Below are positions 40,869 to 50,490 of a DNA stretch of 55,636 nt, one piece after another. Every line of letters starts with the position of its first letter. Positions within the stretch are counted from its first letter, which is position 1. Below the pieces are notes generated by a model. The model had not been told where the DNA came from and ran no database searches. It saw only the letters and a list, made by a program, of their open reading frames with translations. The DNA is from an uncultured Clostridium sp. (GTDB lineage Bacteria; Bacillota; Clostridia; TANB77; CAG-508), in NCBI GenBank assembly GCA_946548575.1, contig CAMNPT010000004.1, positions 1 to 55,636 on the forward strand. Direction: 5' to 3'. The position numbers and the translations under genes were made by a program.

Positions 40869-41612
40869 CTATTGGCAAATTTTGCTAAATTCTTCTGGTT
40901 CTAAGCTAGCTCCTCCAACTAATCCTCCATCTATATCTGGCATAGAAAATAGTTCTTTAGAATTACTTGATTTTACGCTTCCACCATATTGTATTATAAC
41001 TCTATTTGCTACCTCTTGTCCATATATTTTAACAATTTTATTTCTTATCTCTAAAATAGCATTTTCAGCATCTTCTGCTGTTGCTGTTTTGCCTGTTCCT
41101 ATTGCCCAAATTGGTTCATAGGCTATAATTGTATTTTCTACTTGATTATCTGTTAAATCTTTTAATGCTATTTCTGTTTGATTTGTTATAATATCTGCCC
41201 AATTTCCTTCTTCTCTTTGTTCTAAAGTTTCTCCAACACATACTATTGGCTTCAATCCAACTTCAAATGCTTTTTTTATTTTTTTATTTACTATTTCATC
41301 TGTTTCTCCAAAATATTGTCTTCTTTCTGAATGGCCTATTATAACATATTCTACATTGATTGATTTTAGCATTTTTCCAGATACTTCTCCTGTATATGCT
41401 CCTTTATCTTCAAAATGCATATTTTGCGCTCCAATTTTTATATTTGTTCCTTGTGCTGTTAAAAGTGCATAAAATAAATCTGTATATGGTACACAAAGAA
41501 TTATTTCATGTTCAGTATTTTTTACAAGTGGTGCTAGATTTTCTATAAATGCTATTGTTTCGTTTGGAAGCATATTCATTTTCCAATTTCCCGCTATAAC
41601 TTTTTTTCTCAT
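40869..41612 (-). CDS. tpiA: Triosephosphate isomerase
   Basis: [36 protein letters not shown]. Confidence 0.98.
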   Translation of the reverse strand: MRKKVIAGNWKMNMLPNETIAFIENLAPLVKNTEHEIILCVPYTDLFYALLTAQGTNIKIGAQNMHFEDKGAYTGEVSGKMLKSINVEYVIIGHSERRQYFGETDEIVNKKIKKAFEVGLKPIVCVGETLEQREEGNWADIITNQTEIALKDLTDNQVENTIIAYEPIWAIGTGKTATAEDAENAILEIRNKIVKIYGQEVANRVIIQYGGSVKSSNSKELFSMPDIDGGLVGGASLEPEEFSKICQ

Positions 41613-41630
41613 ATTAATCTCCTTTATTTT

Positions 41631-42815
41631 TTATTTATCCATCAATGCTTCTATTCCAGGTAACTTTTTCCCTTCTAAAAATTCTAATGATGCTCCTCCA
41701 CCTGTTGATATATGTGTAACTTTATCTTCTAAGCCTGCTTTTTTTATTGCAGCTGCTGAGTCTCCTCCACCGATGATTGTTGTTGCTGAAATTTCTGATA
41801 GAATTTTTGCAATTTTGTTTGTTCCAACAGCAAATTGTTCAAATTCAAAAACTCCTAATGGTCCATTCCATACGACTGTTTTTGCTTTTCTTAATTCCTC
41901 TGCATACATTTCTATTGTTTTCTCTCCAATATCTAGTCCTTGCCAATCATTTGGGATTTGAGTCCATTCTACTGTTTTGCTTTCTGTATTTGCATCAAAT
42001 TCTTTTCCTATTTTTGTATCAATTGGAAGCATTAGTTTAACTCCCTTTTGTTTAGCCTTTTCCATTGCTTCTTTTGCTAAATCTATTTTATCTATTTCGC
42101 AAATTGAATTTCCAACATTATATCCTTGTGCTTTAAAAAATGTATATGCCATTCCTCCTCCAATCATTAAAGTATCTACTTTTTCTAATAGATTATCAAT
42201 TACTCCTATTTTATCTGATACCTTTGATCCTCCAAGTATAGCAACAAATGGTCTTTGTGGTTCTTCTACAGCTTTTCCTAAAAATTCTAATTCTTTTTCA
42301 ATTAAAAATCCTGCAACTGCTGGTAAATAACTTGCAACACCTGTTGTTGAGCTATGTGCTCTATGTGCTGATCCAAATGCATCATTTACATATATTTCAG
42401 CCATTTGTGCTAATTTTTTACTGAATTCTATGTCATTATCTGTTTCTTCTCTATGAAATCTTACATTTTCTAATAATAAAATTTCTCCTTGTTTTAAATT
42501 TTTTGCTTTAGAAGTTGCATCTTCTCCAATTACATCATTAGCCATTATTATTTCTTTATTTAATAGTTTTGATAATTCTTTAGCTACTGGTTTTAATGAA
42601 TATTCTTCTTTAAATTCTCCTTTTGGTCTTCCTAAGTGAGAACATAAAATAATTTTACAATCATTTTCTAATAAATATTTTATTGTTGGTAAAGCAGATA
42701 CAATTCTTATATTATCTGTTATATTCCTTTGTTCATCCATTGGTACGTTAAAATCACATCTTACTAATACTTTTTTACCTTTCAAGTCAATATCTTTTAC
42801 TGTTTTTTTGTTCAT
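41631..42815 (-). CDS. pgk: Phosphoglycerate kinase
   Basis: [30 protein letters not shown]. Confidence 0.98.
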   Translation of the reverse strand: MNKKTVKDIDLKGKKVLVRCDFNVPMDEQRNITDNIRIVSALPTIKYLLENDCKIILCSHLGRPKGEFKEEYSLKPVAKELSKLLNKEIIMANDVIGEDATSKAKNLKQGEILLLENVRFHREETDNDIEFSKKLAQMAEIYVNDAFGSAHRAHSSTTGVASYLPAVAGFLIEKELEFLGKAVEEPQRPFVAILGGSKVSDKIGVIDNLLEKVDTLMIGGGMAYTFFKAQGYNVGNSICEIDKIDLAKEAMEKAKQKGVKLMLPIDTKIGKEFDANTESKTVEWTQIPNDWQGLDIGEKTIEMYAEELRKAKTVVWNGPLGVFEFEQFAVGTNKIAKILSEISATTIIGGGDSAAAIKKAGLEDKVTHISTGGGASLEFLEGKKLPGIEALMDK

Positions 42816-42952
42816 TTCTTAATTCCTCCTTTAAATTAATTTTTCTTAGTATTCACATATTTATTTTATTTTATTTATGATATCCTTATTCTATATCAAA
42901 AAAGAACACATTGCAAGTGTTCTTTTATATATTTTTATACCTCTTAGCAATC

Positions 42953-43303
42953 TTATACATCTTGCCATCCTCTAATTTCATTCAATTCAATTTCATATTC
43001 TTCATCTTGAACAATAAGTTTAGTGTTGTCTTCACTAATTGTTCCATAATTTTTTTTAGTTATAATATTAATTAGTGTATCTTTATCTGGTATTTTTCCT
43101 GACTTTACTTTTTCATTATACAAATCTGCTTCTATTTTTTGTATAAGACTTTCCTTTTCCGCTAAATTTTTTGCATCATTAGTTTGATTTATAATTCCTT
43201 TTTTTGATGTTATTGAGCCTATTGTTATCCCTGATATTATTAACAAAACTATAATTGTAACAATTAATGTGATTAAAGTTATACCACTTTCTTTTCTTTT
43301 CAT
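42953..43303 (-). CDS. Type IV pilin-like protein
   Basis: MKRKESG|ITLITLIVTIIVLLIISG class III signal peptide-like N-terminus. Confidence 0.75.
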   Translation of the reverse strand: MKRKESGITLITLIVTIIVLLIISGITIGSITSKKGIINQTNDAKNLAEKESLIQKIEADLYNEKVKSGKIPDKDTLINIITKKNYGTISEDNTKLIVQDEEYEIELNEIRGWQDV

Positions 43304-43412
43304 TAGTAACCTCCTTGTTTTTATTTATTCTATTTTATATTAAAAAAGAATACTTTACAAGTATTCTTTTAGATTTTTATTAAGTATTTTTTAACTATTC
43401 TATTTTAACGAT

Positions 43413-45782
43413 TTACTTTAATTGTACTACTGTTACTCCCATTTCTCCTTCACCATAATTTCCTATTCTATAAGACTTAACATGCATATTTGTTTTTAAG
43501 AATGCTTGAATGCCTTCTCTTAATTTTCCTGTACCTTTACCATGTACAATTCTAATCTCTTTTAAATTTGCTAAAGTACAGTCATCTAAATATTTATCTA
43601 TTATAAATACCGCTTCATCAACATTCATCCCTATTACATTTATTTCAGTTTTAACATTTTTAGTTTTAGAAATTTTAGTATATCTTTGATTTAAATCTTT
43701 ATTATTTTTTTCTGACTTAGCCTTTTGTAAGTCATCTATTTTTAAATTCATTTTTAGTATTCCAATTTGAACTTGTACCTCATTGTCTTTAGATATATGT
43801 GATAATACTGTTCCATTTTTTCTTAAAGATTTCACAAAAACTTCTGTATTTGGTTTTATATCTTTAGGTTCTATTTTTTCTTGATTTTCATTATTTGCTA
43901 TTTTTAAAGAATCACTTAATACGGAGTTTTCTTTTATTTTTTTATTTAACTCATTTCTCAATTTATTTGCAATTTTCGTATTAGCATTTTCATCATTCAA
44001 TTTTTTTATTATTTCATTTGCTTCTTCTTTAGCATCTAATAAAATATTTCTAGCTTTTACTTTAGCATTATTAATTAATTCTTGTTCTTGTTTTTTCAAA
44101 TCTTCATTATCTCGTATTAAAGATTTCTCCAAACTTACTATATTTGCTAATTTTTTATTTATTTCTTCTTTTTCTTTTTCAATTTTTGATTTATTGATAT
44201 ATATATTTTTAAGTAATTCTTCTATATCTACATCATTTTTAGATATCTTATTTTTTGCATTTTCTATTATAATTTCTGGAATTCCTAAGTTTTTACTAAT
44301 TTCAAAAGCATTACTTTTCCCAGGTATTCCAATTAATAACTTATATGTAGGTTTTAATTCTTTTACATTAAATTCAACAGAAGCATTTTCATATTCCTTA
44401 TTTACAAGTGCATATTGTTTTAATTCCTGATAATGTGTAGTTGCAATTACTAAACTTCCATTTTTCTTAAAATAGTCTAAAATACTCATTGCCAAATTTG
44501 CACCTTCTATAGGATCTGTTCCTGATCCTAATTCATCAACTAAAACCAATGAATTTGATGTAGCTTTTTTTATAATTTCTGCTATGTTTACCATGTGTGA
44601 AGAAAATGTACTTAAAGAATCTGCTATACTTTGGTCATCACCTATATCTGCAAAAATATTATCAAAAACATATATCTCTGATTTTTCATCTGCTGGGATA
44701 TTTAACCCACAACAAGCCATTGTGCATAATAGTCCTACTGTTTTTAGACTTACTGTTTTCCCACCTGTATTTGGTCCTGTAATTAATAAAATTTTAAAAT
44801 CTTTTCCAAGCTTAATCGATATTGGAACAACTTTTTCTTTATCTATTAAAGGATGTCTTGCATTTATTAAATTAATTTGTTTTTCATCACTAATTATAGG
44901 TGTAATACCTTTTATATCTTTTGAATACATTGCTTTTGCAAATATAAAGTCTAGTCTTCCTATTATTTTTAAATCATTTTTTATATTGTCAATATATGGT
45001 GTAAATAACTCAGTTAAATTTCTTAAAATCTTTTCAATTTCATATTCTTCATTAGCCTTTAATTTGCTTAGTTCATTGTTCATTTCAAAAACTGAAATAG
45101 GTTCTATAAATACAGTTGAGCCACCATTTGAAATATCATGTATAAACCCTTTTACTTCTCCTCTATACTCTTCTTTAATAGGAATTACAAATCTATCATT
45201 TCTAATAGTTATAATATTTTCTTGTATATATTTAGAATATCTTGAAGAATGAATCATATTATTTAAACTATTTCTAATATCTTGTTCTAACTTTCTTTGT
45301 CTTTTTCTGATTGAATTCAATTCACTTGAAGCTCTATCATCTATCGTATTTTCATCTATTATACATTTTGAAACTTTTTGTATAATATCATTATTTGTAT
45401 ATAAATTTTCAAATAAATTTTTTAAAATTTCATATTGATTTTTGTCTAAAAAATCTTTATCAAAATATTCTTTTAATTCTTTTGCTTGTATAAAAACTTT
45501 ATTTAAAGTTAGTAAAGATTTTGCTGAAAGTGAAGAATTTACTTCTAAAATTTTTAGTTCATCTTCCATATTGTCAGTTTCATAAAAACCTGGTGTTCCA
45601 TTTCTATAAACCAAATTAACCGCTTCTTCTGTTTCTTTTAACAATTTTTTTACTTCTTTTTTATCATTTTTTGGCATTAAAGTACAGGCTATGTTTTTTC
45701 CAACATAAGTTGAAACATAGCCTTCTAATATTTTTAATATTTGATTAAATTCTAATTTTTCTAAATTATACATATTTTTCAA
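43413..45782 (-). CDS. mutS2: Endonuclease MutS2
   Basis: TGPNTGGKT, SLSTFSSH, DELGSGTDP, Smr domain HGKGTG. Confidence 0.96.
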   Translation of the reverse strand: MKNMYNLEKLEFNQILKILEGYVSTYVGKNIACTLMPKNDKKEVKKLLKETEEAVNLVYRNGTPGFYETDNMEDELKILEVNSSLSAKSLLTLNKVFIQAKELKEYFDKDFLDKNQYEILKNLFENLYTNNDIIQKVSKCIIDENTIDDRASSELNSIRKRQRKLEQDIRNSLNNMIHSSRYSKYIQENIITIRNDRFVIPIKEEYRGEVKGFIHDISNGGSTVFIEPISVFEMNNELSKLKANEEYEIEKILRNLTELFTPYIDNIKNDLKIIGRLDFIFAKAMYSKDIKGITPIISDEKQINLINARHPLIDKEKVVPISIKLGKDFKILLITGPNTGGKTVSLKTVGLLCTMACCGLNIPADEKSEIYVFDNIFADIGDDQSIADSLSTFSSHMVNIAEIIKKATSNSLVLVDELGSGTDPIEGANLAMSILDYFKKNGSLVIATTHYQELKQYALVNKEYENASVEFNVKELKPTYKLLIGIPGKSNAFEISKNLGIPEIIIENAKNKISKNDVDIEELLKNIYINKSKIEKEKEEINKKLANIVSLEKSLIRDNEDLKKQEQELINNAKVKARNILLDAKEEANEIIKKLNDENANTKIANKLRNELNKKIKENSVLSDSLKIANNENQEKIEPKDIKPNTEVFVKSLRKNGTVLSHISKDNEVQVQIGILKMNLKIDDLQKAKSEKNNKDLNQRYTKISKTKNVKTEINVIGMNVDEAVFIIDKYLDDCTLANLKEIRIVHGKGTGKLREGIQAFLKTNMHVKSYRIGNYGEGEMGVTVVQLK

Positions 45783-46557
45783 TTAAAATAACCTGCCTTC
45801 CACTTCTTGTATTTCCTGTAAATTCTTTTATAATAAATCTTCCTTTTCCACGAATAGTAATAATATCTTTCAATTTTATTTGTTTTGAAGGCTTTGTTTC
45901 ATTTTGACCATTCACAAAAACTCTTTCTTGGTTAATTATTTGAACAGCCTTACTTCTTGATGTTCTAGCTAAATCTGATACAATATTATCAAGCCTTAAA
46001 GATGGAACGATAATTGAAATTTCCTCTATTTTTATTTCCTTTTTTCTTAAGTTTGATAATTCTTCAATTGATATTTTTGTATTTTCAAATCTAGTAAGAG
46101 ATGGTAATTCTTTTTTTAAAATTTCTGCAAAATCATTAACAACCAATATATCTGCACCATCATCAAATACCAAAATATCTCCAACTTTTTCACGGTTTAA
46201 ACTTAACTTTACAATACCTCCCAGATAATTTCTATGAGAATATTTTCCATAATCATCTTCTGACAATTCTATTCTTATAACTTTTAACATTTTTCCATAA
46301 TTTTTTTCAATCATCTTTTCATCATATTTATCTGGAAAAATAATAAGAATTTTTCTTTCTGCATCACTATATCCACCATATAATATATAGTTTTTAAACT
46401 TTATCTTTCTTAAAAAATTTTCTACTAAGGAGATTTGATACATGTCTAAAAAATCAGTACATTCTAGTGTTTCTCTTGTTTTAGAAAATTCTATTTTATC
46501 TAAAACTTGAGATAAACACATTTTGTCTTCTCTTCTTTTATAATCTGTTAAATCCAT
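45766..46557 (-). CDS. ylmH: YlmH/Sll1252 family S4 RNA-binding protein
   Basis: GGY..AER, HRNYLG, GDI, SLRLD, ITIRGKGR. Confidence 0.88.
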   Translation of the reverse strand: MDLTDYKRREDKMCLSQVLDKIEFSKTRETLECTDFLDMYQISLVENFLRKIKFKNYILYGGYSDAERKILIIFPDKYDEKMIEKNYGKMLKVIRIELSEDDYGKYSHRNYLGGIVKLSLNREKVGDILVFDDGADILVVNDFAEILKKELPSLTRFENTKISIEELSNLRKKEIKIEEISIIVPSLRLDNIVSDLARTSRSKAVQIINQERVFVNGQNETKPSKQIKLKDIITIRGKGRFIIKEFTGNTRSGRQVILIEKYV

Positions 46558-48368
46558 AGATTTCCTCCAATTCTTCTACTCCACCATGTTTAATAAATTC
46601 ATCTGGATAAGCATAAGTTTTAATTTTAACATCTTTAATTTCATTATCTATTATTAGTTCTTTTACTGCTGTTGCTAAACCATTTATTATTGTTCCATCT
46701 TCTATTGTTATAACATTTTTTGTTTTTTCTATTGATTTTTTTATAGTTTCTTTATCTAAAGGTTTTAGAAATCTAGCATTGATAATTTCCACAGTTTTAT
46801 TTTCATCTTTTTCTTCTAATCTTTCTGCCATTTTTTTAGCTTTTGCTACCATTTTTCCTATTGCTATAATAGTAATATCTTCTCCATTTTTTATTATTTC
46901 TGCTTTTCCCATTTCTATTTTTTCATGTTTTTCAAATTTTTCTTTTGATTCTCCACCTCTAGGATATCTAATTACTACTGGCTTTTTTTGTTCTATTGCA
47001 TATTCTAACATATCTTCAAATTCTTTAAAATCTTTTGGTGCCATTATTGTTAAATTTGGTACTAATCTAAAAAAAGCCATATCTAATGTTCCTTGGTGAG
47101 TTTCTCCGATCTTGTCCAACTATACCTGCTCTATCGACACACATAATAACTGGTAACTTTTGTATTGCAATATCATGTATTACCTGATCATAAGCTCTTT
47201 GATAAAATGATGAATATAGCGGTACTACTGGTATTATTCCTTCTTTTGCCATTCCAGCAGCTAAACATATTGCATGCTGCTCAGCAATTCCTACATCAAA
47301 GAATCTATCTGGGAATTTTTGACTAAATTCTTTTAATCCTGTACCATCTCTCATAGCAGCCGTTATTGCAACAATGTTATTATTCTTGTTTGCCATTTCT
47401 ATTAGTTTATCACCAAACACCTTAGAGTAATCTTTATCCTTTTGTTTTGTTGGTTTTCCTGTTTCTATGTCAAATGGTCCAGTTCCATGAAATTTGTCTG
47501 GGTTTTCTTCTGCAATTTTATATCCTTTACCTTTTTTTGTTAGAACATGAAGTAAAACAGGTCCATCCAATTGTTTTGTTATTTTTAACATTCTTTCTAA
47601 TTCTTCAATATTATGTCCATCAACAGGTCCCAAATATCTAAAACCAATATCTTCGAAATACATCTTTGGGATAATTAATTGCTTTATACTTCTTTTTAAT
47701 CTTTGTACAATTTTTACAAATGGCTTTCCTATTACAGGAATTTTACTTATGATTTTTTTCCCTGAAATATTTGACTTTGTATATCCTCTTTTTGTTCTTA
47801 GCTTACTTAATAGCATATTAATTCCACCAATATTTTTAGATATACTCATTTCATTATCATTTAATATTACTGTTAATCTAGCTTTACTACATCCTGCATC
47901 ATTTAAAGCTTCCAAAGCCATTCCACCTGTTAAGGCTCCATCACCTATTACAGCGATTACATTATTATCTTCACCTTTTATATCTCGTGCTCTTGCCATT
48001 CCAAGTGCTGCAGAGATTGATGTGCTACTATGACCTGTATTAAAACAATCTGTTTCAGATTCATTTGTTTTTGGAAAACCAGCGAGTCCATCCAATTTCC
48101 TAATAGTTTTTAATTTATCTTTTCTTCCTGTTAAAATTTTATGAACATAAGACTGATGTCCAACATCCCAAACTATTTTATCTTTTGGCAAATCAAAAAC
48201 CGTATGTAGAGCAATAGTTAGCTCTACAATACCTAAATTTGAAGCTAAATGTCCTCCATTTTTTGAAACCACATCTAGTATATAATTTCTAATTTCATTT
48301 GCTAATTCTTTTTGTTCTATTATATTTAACTTTTTTATATCACCATTTTTTTCAATTTTTTCTAACAT
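46538..48368 (-). CDS. dxs: 1-deoxy-D-xylulose-5-phosphate synthase, requiring a +1 shift at CGG 47106-47108
   Basis: GGHLASNLG, DVGHQ, GDGALTGG, IAEQH, DRAGIVGQD-[C skipped]-GETHQG, IRYPRG; joined length 609 aa. Confidence 0.92.
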
Positions 48369-48388
48369 AATTATCACCTTTTTGCTTT

Positions 48389-50386
48389 TTATGAATCAAT
48401 TTGAACCTGTCCCAAAACTGACATTTTGCAAATTAAATCTACAGATTTTTCTATTCCTAATGAATCTGAATTTATACATATATCATAATTTGATGCTTTT
48501 TCCCATTCCTCTCCAGTATAGTATTTGTAGTGATTTGCTCTTTGTTTATTTATTTTCTTAATTTCTTTTTCTGCATCTTGTTCTTTTGTATTATAATATT
48601 TGGTTACTCTTTTTATTTTATCCTTCATACTACTTGATATAAATACATTCAATACATTTTTTTGGTCCTTTAATACATAATTAGCACATCTACCTATTAT
48701 TACACAAGGTTCTTTATTTGATAATTCTTTTATTAAATTAGCTTCTTCAACATATAATTCATCTTGATTACTAAGAGTTCCTGTTTGTCCATTATTTCCC
48801 AAGTCTATGTCATTTCTTTTTTGTTCAATTTTCTTTATATATTCTATTGATAATCCAGTTTTTTCTGATATCATTTCTGATATTTCTTTATCATATAATT
48901 TTATTCCAAGTTTTTCAGCTACTAATCTTCCTATATATCTTCCACCAGATCCATATTCTCTTGATATTGTAATTACAACAGGTATTTTTTCTTCATTATG
49001 TTCTTCTGTCATTTCGTCTAATTCTTCCATTGGTGTTATTTTATTATTTAAATTTTTAACTTCAATTATGATTAATGTTCCTGCAAGTAAAATTGCTATA
49101 CTATCTGCAACTGGTGCTGAATATAGTAATCCATCTATACCAAATACATTTCCTAAGATAATCATCGCAGGTATCAATAATAATAATTGTCTTGATAATG
49201 ATATAATTGCACTTTTTGTACTTTTACCAATTGATTGAAAAAATATTCCTGCTGGGAATTGTATTCCATAAGTAAATGCTAGTAATAAATATCTTCTAAA
49301 TGCCATACAAGCAAATTCTGTATATAGTTCATCACCTTTACCAAATACCTCAATTAGTTTATCTGGTATTGTTTGGAATAATGTAAATGCAAATACTGAT
49401 ATTATTGTACTTATTCCTAATACATATATTAATGTTTTCTTTACTCTATCATATTTTTCAGCACCATAATTGTAACCAAGTATTGGTTGTGCTCCAACTG
49501 CTATTCCTATTATTATACTTGTTAATATATTACTTATTTTCATTACAATACCAAGTACTGTTAAAGGTATATCTGCTCCAAATTTTGATGCAGCACCACA
49601 TTTATTTAACATATTGTTTTCACATGCAATTACTGCTACAATACTTATCTGTGTTATAAAACTACTAACTCCAAGTGCTAATAATTTTCTTATTATTGTT
49701 CCGTCTGGTTTAAATGATTCTTTTTCTAATTTTATAGTTTTGAATTTTCTAATATATGCAATATTTAAAACTGCTGTTAATAATTGACTTCCAATTGTTG
49801 CAATCGCTGCACCCTTTACTCCCATGTGTAATATAAATATAAAAATTGGGTCTAAAATAGTATTTACAACTGCACCAAGAATCATAGTTGTCATAGAATA
49901 CCTTGGTTTTCCATCTGCCCTTATTAATGAATTAAGAACTGAACCAATTGTCATAAAAGGAAATCCAAAAGAAATAATATATCCATATTCTAATGCATAT
50001 GGTCTAATACTATCTGTACAGCCAAGTAATGTAATTAATTGTGGTAAAAAAATTATACAAATTGCAGAAATTAAGATAGAAATAAATATTGAAATAATAA
50101 TACCATTACCTACACCTTTACTTGCTATTTTTTCTTTTTTCTCACCTAATTTCAAACTTAAATATGCTGAAGTACCATCACCTACCATTGCAGTAAATGC
50201 AAATGCCAATACAGATAATGGGAATATAATATTTGTAGCACCATTACCTAAATAACCAACGCCTTGACCAACAAATATTTGATCAACAATATTATAAAGT
50301 GCATTTACAACCATTGATATAATACATGGTATTGAAAATTTTCTAATTAATTTACCTATTTTCTCAGTTCCTAAAATATTTTCCAT
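48389..50386 (-). CDS. MATE efflux transporter fused to a cytidylate-kinase-like domain
   Basis: YNIVDQIFVG MATE start, 12-TM region, C-terminal ITISREYGSGG...IIGRCA. Confidence 0.9.
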   Translation of the reverse strand: MENILGTEKIGKLIRKFSIPCIISMVVNALYNIVDQIFVGQGVGYLGNGATNIIFPLSVLAFAFTAMVGDGTSAYLSLKLGEKKEKIASKGVGNGIIISIFISILISAICIIFLPQLITLLGCTDSIRPYALEYGYIISFGFPFMTIGSVLNSLIRADGKPRYSMTTMILGAVVNTILDPIFIFILHMGVKGAAIATIGSQLLTAVLNIAYIRKFKTIKLEKESFKPDGTIIRKLLALGVSSFITQISIVAVIACENNMLNKCGAASKFGADIPLTVLGIVMKISNILTSIIIGIAVGAQPILGYNYGAEKYDRVKKTLIYVLGISTIISVFAFTLFQTIPDKLIEVFGKGDELYTEFACMAFRRYLLLAFTYGIQFPAGIFFQSIGKSTKSAIISLSRQLLLLIPAMIILGNVFGIDGLLYSAPVADSIAILLAGTLIIIEVKNLNNKITPMEELDEMTEEHNEEKIPVVITISREYGSGGRYIGRLVAEKLGIKLYDKEISEMISEKTGLSIEYIKKIEQKRNDIDLGNNGQTGTLSNQDELYVEEANLIKELSNKEPCVIIGRCANYVLKDQKNVLNVFISSSMKDKIKRVTKYYNTKEQDAEKEIKKINKQRANHYKYYTGEEWEKASNYDICINSDSLGIEKSVDLICKMSVLGQVQIDS

Positions 50387-50441
50387 TTTTCTCTTTCCTC
50401 CTTGTACTTTTTAGAACATATCTCTAATTTATGCCTAAAAA

Positions 50442-50474
50442 AAGCAACTATATGATTATACCATATAATTGCTT
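50442..50474. promoter_or_regulatory. Palindrome enclosing the -10 box of the MATE promoter (operator and/or clpC terminator)
   Basis: aagcaactatatg/catataattgctt with minus-strand TG-g-TATAAT at its centre. Confidence 0.5.
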
Positions 50475-50490
50475 AAAATGTAAATCTTTT

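Noticed and set aside
44584-45252. Long antisense ORFs (e.g. 44584-45252, 12782-13345, 34558-35067, 10644-11030)
   Set aside because: Shadow frames opposite well-supported genes; F/S/I/L-rich composition and no RBS.
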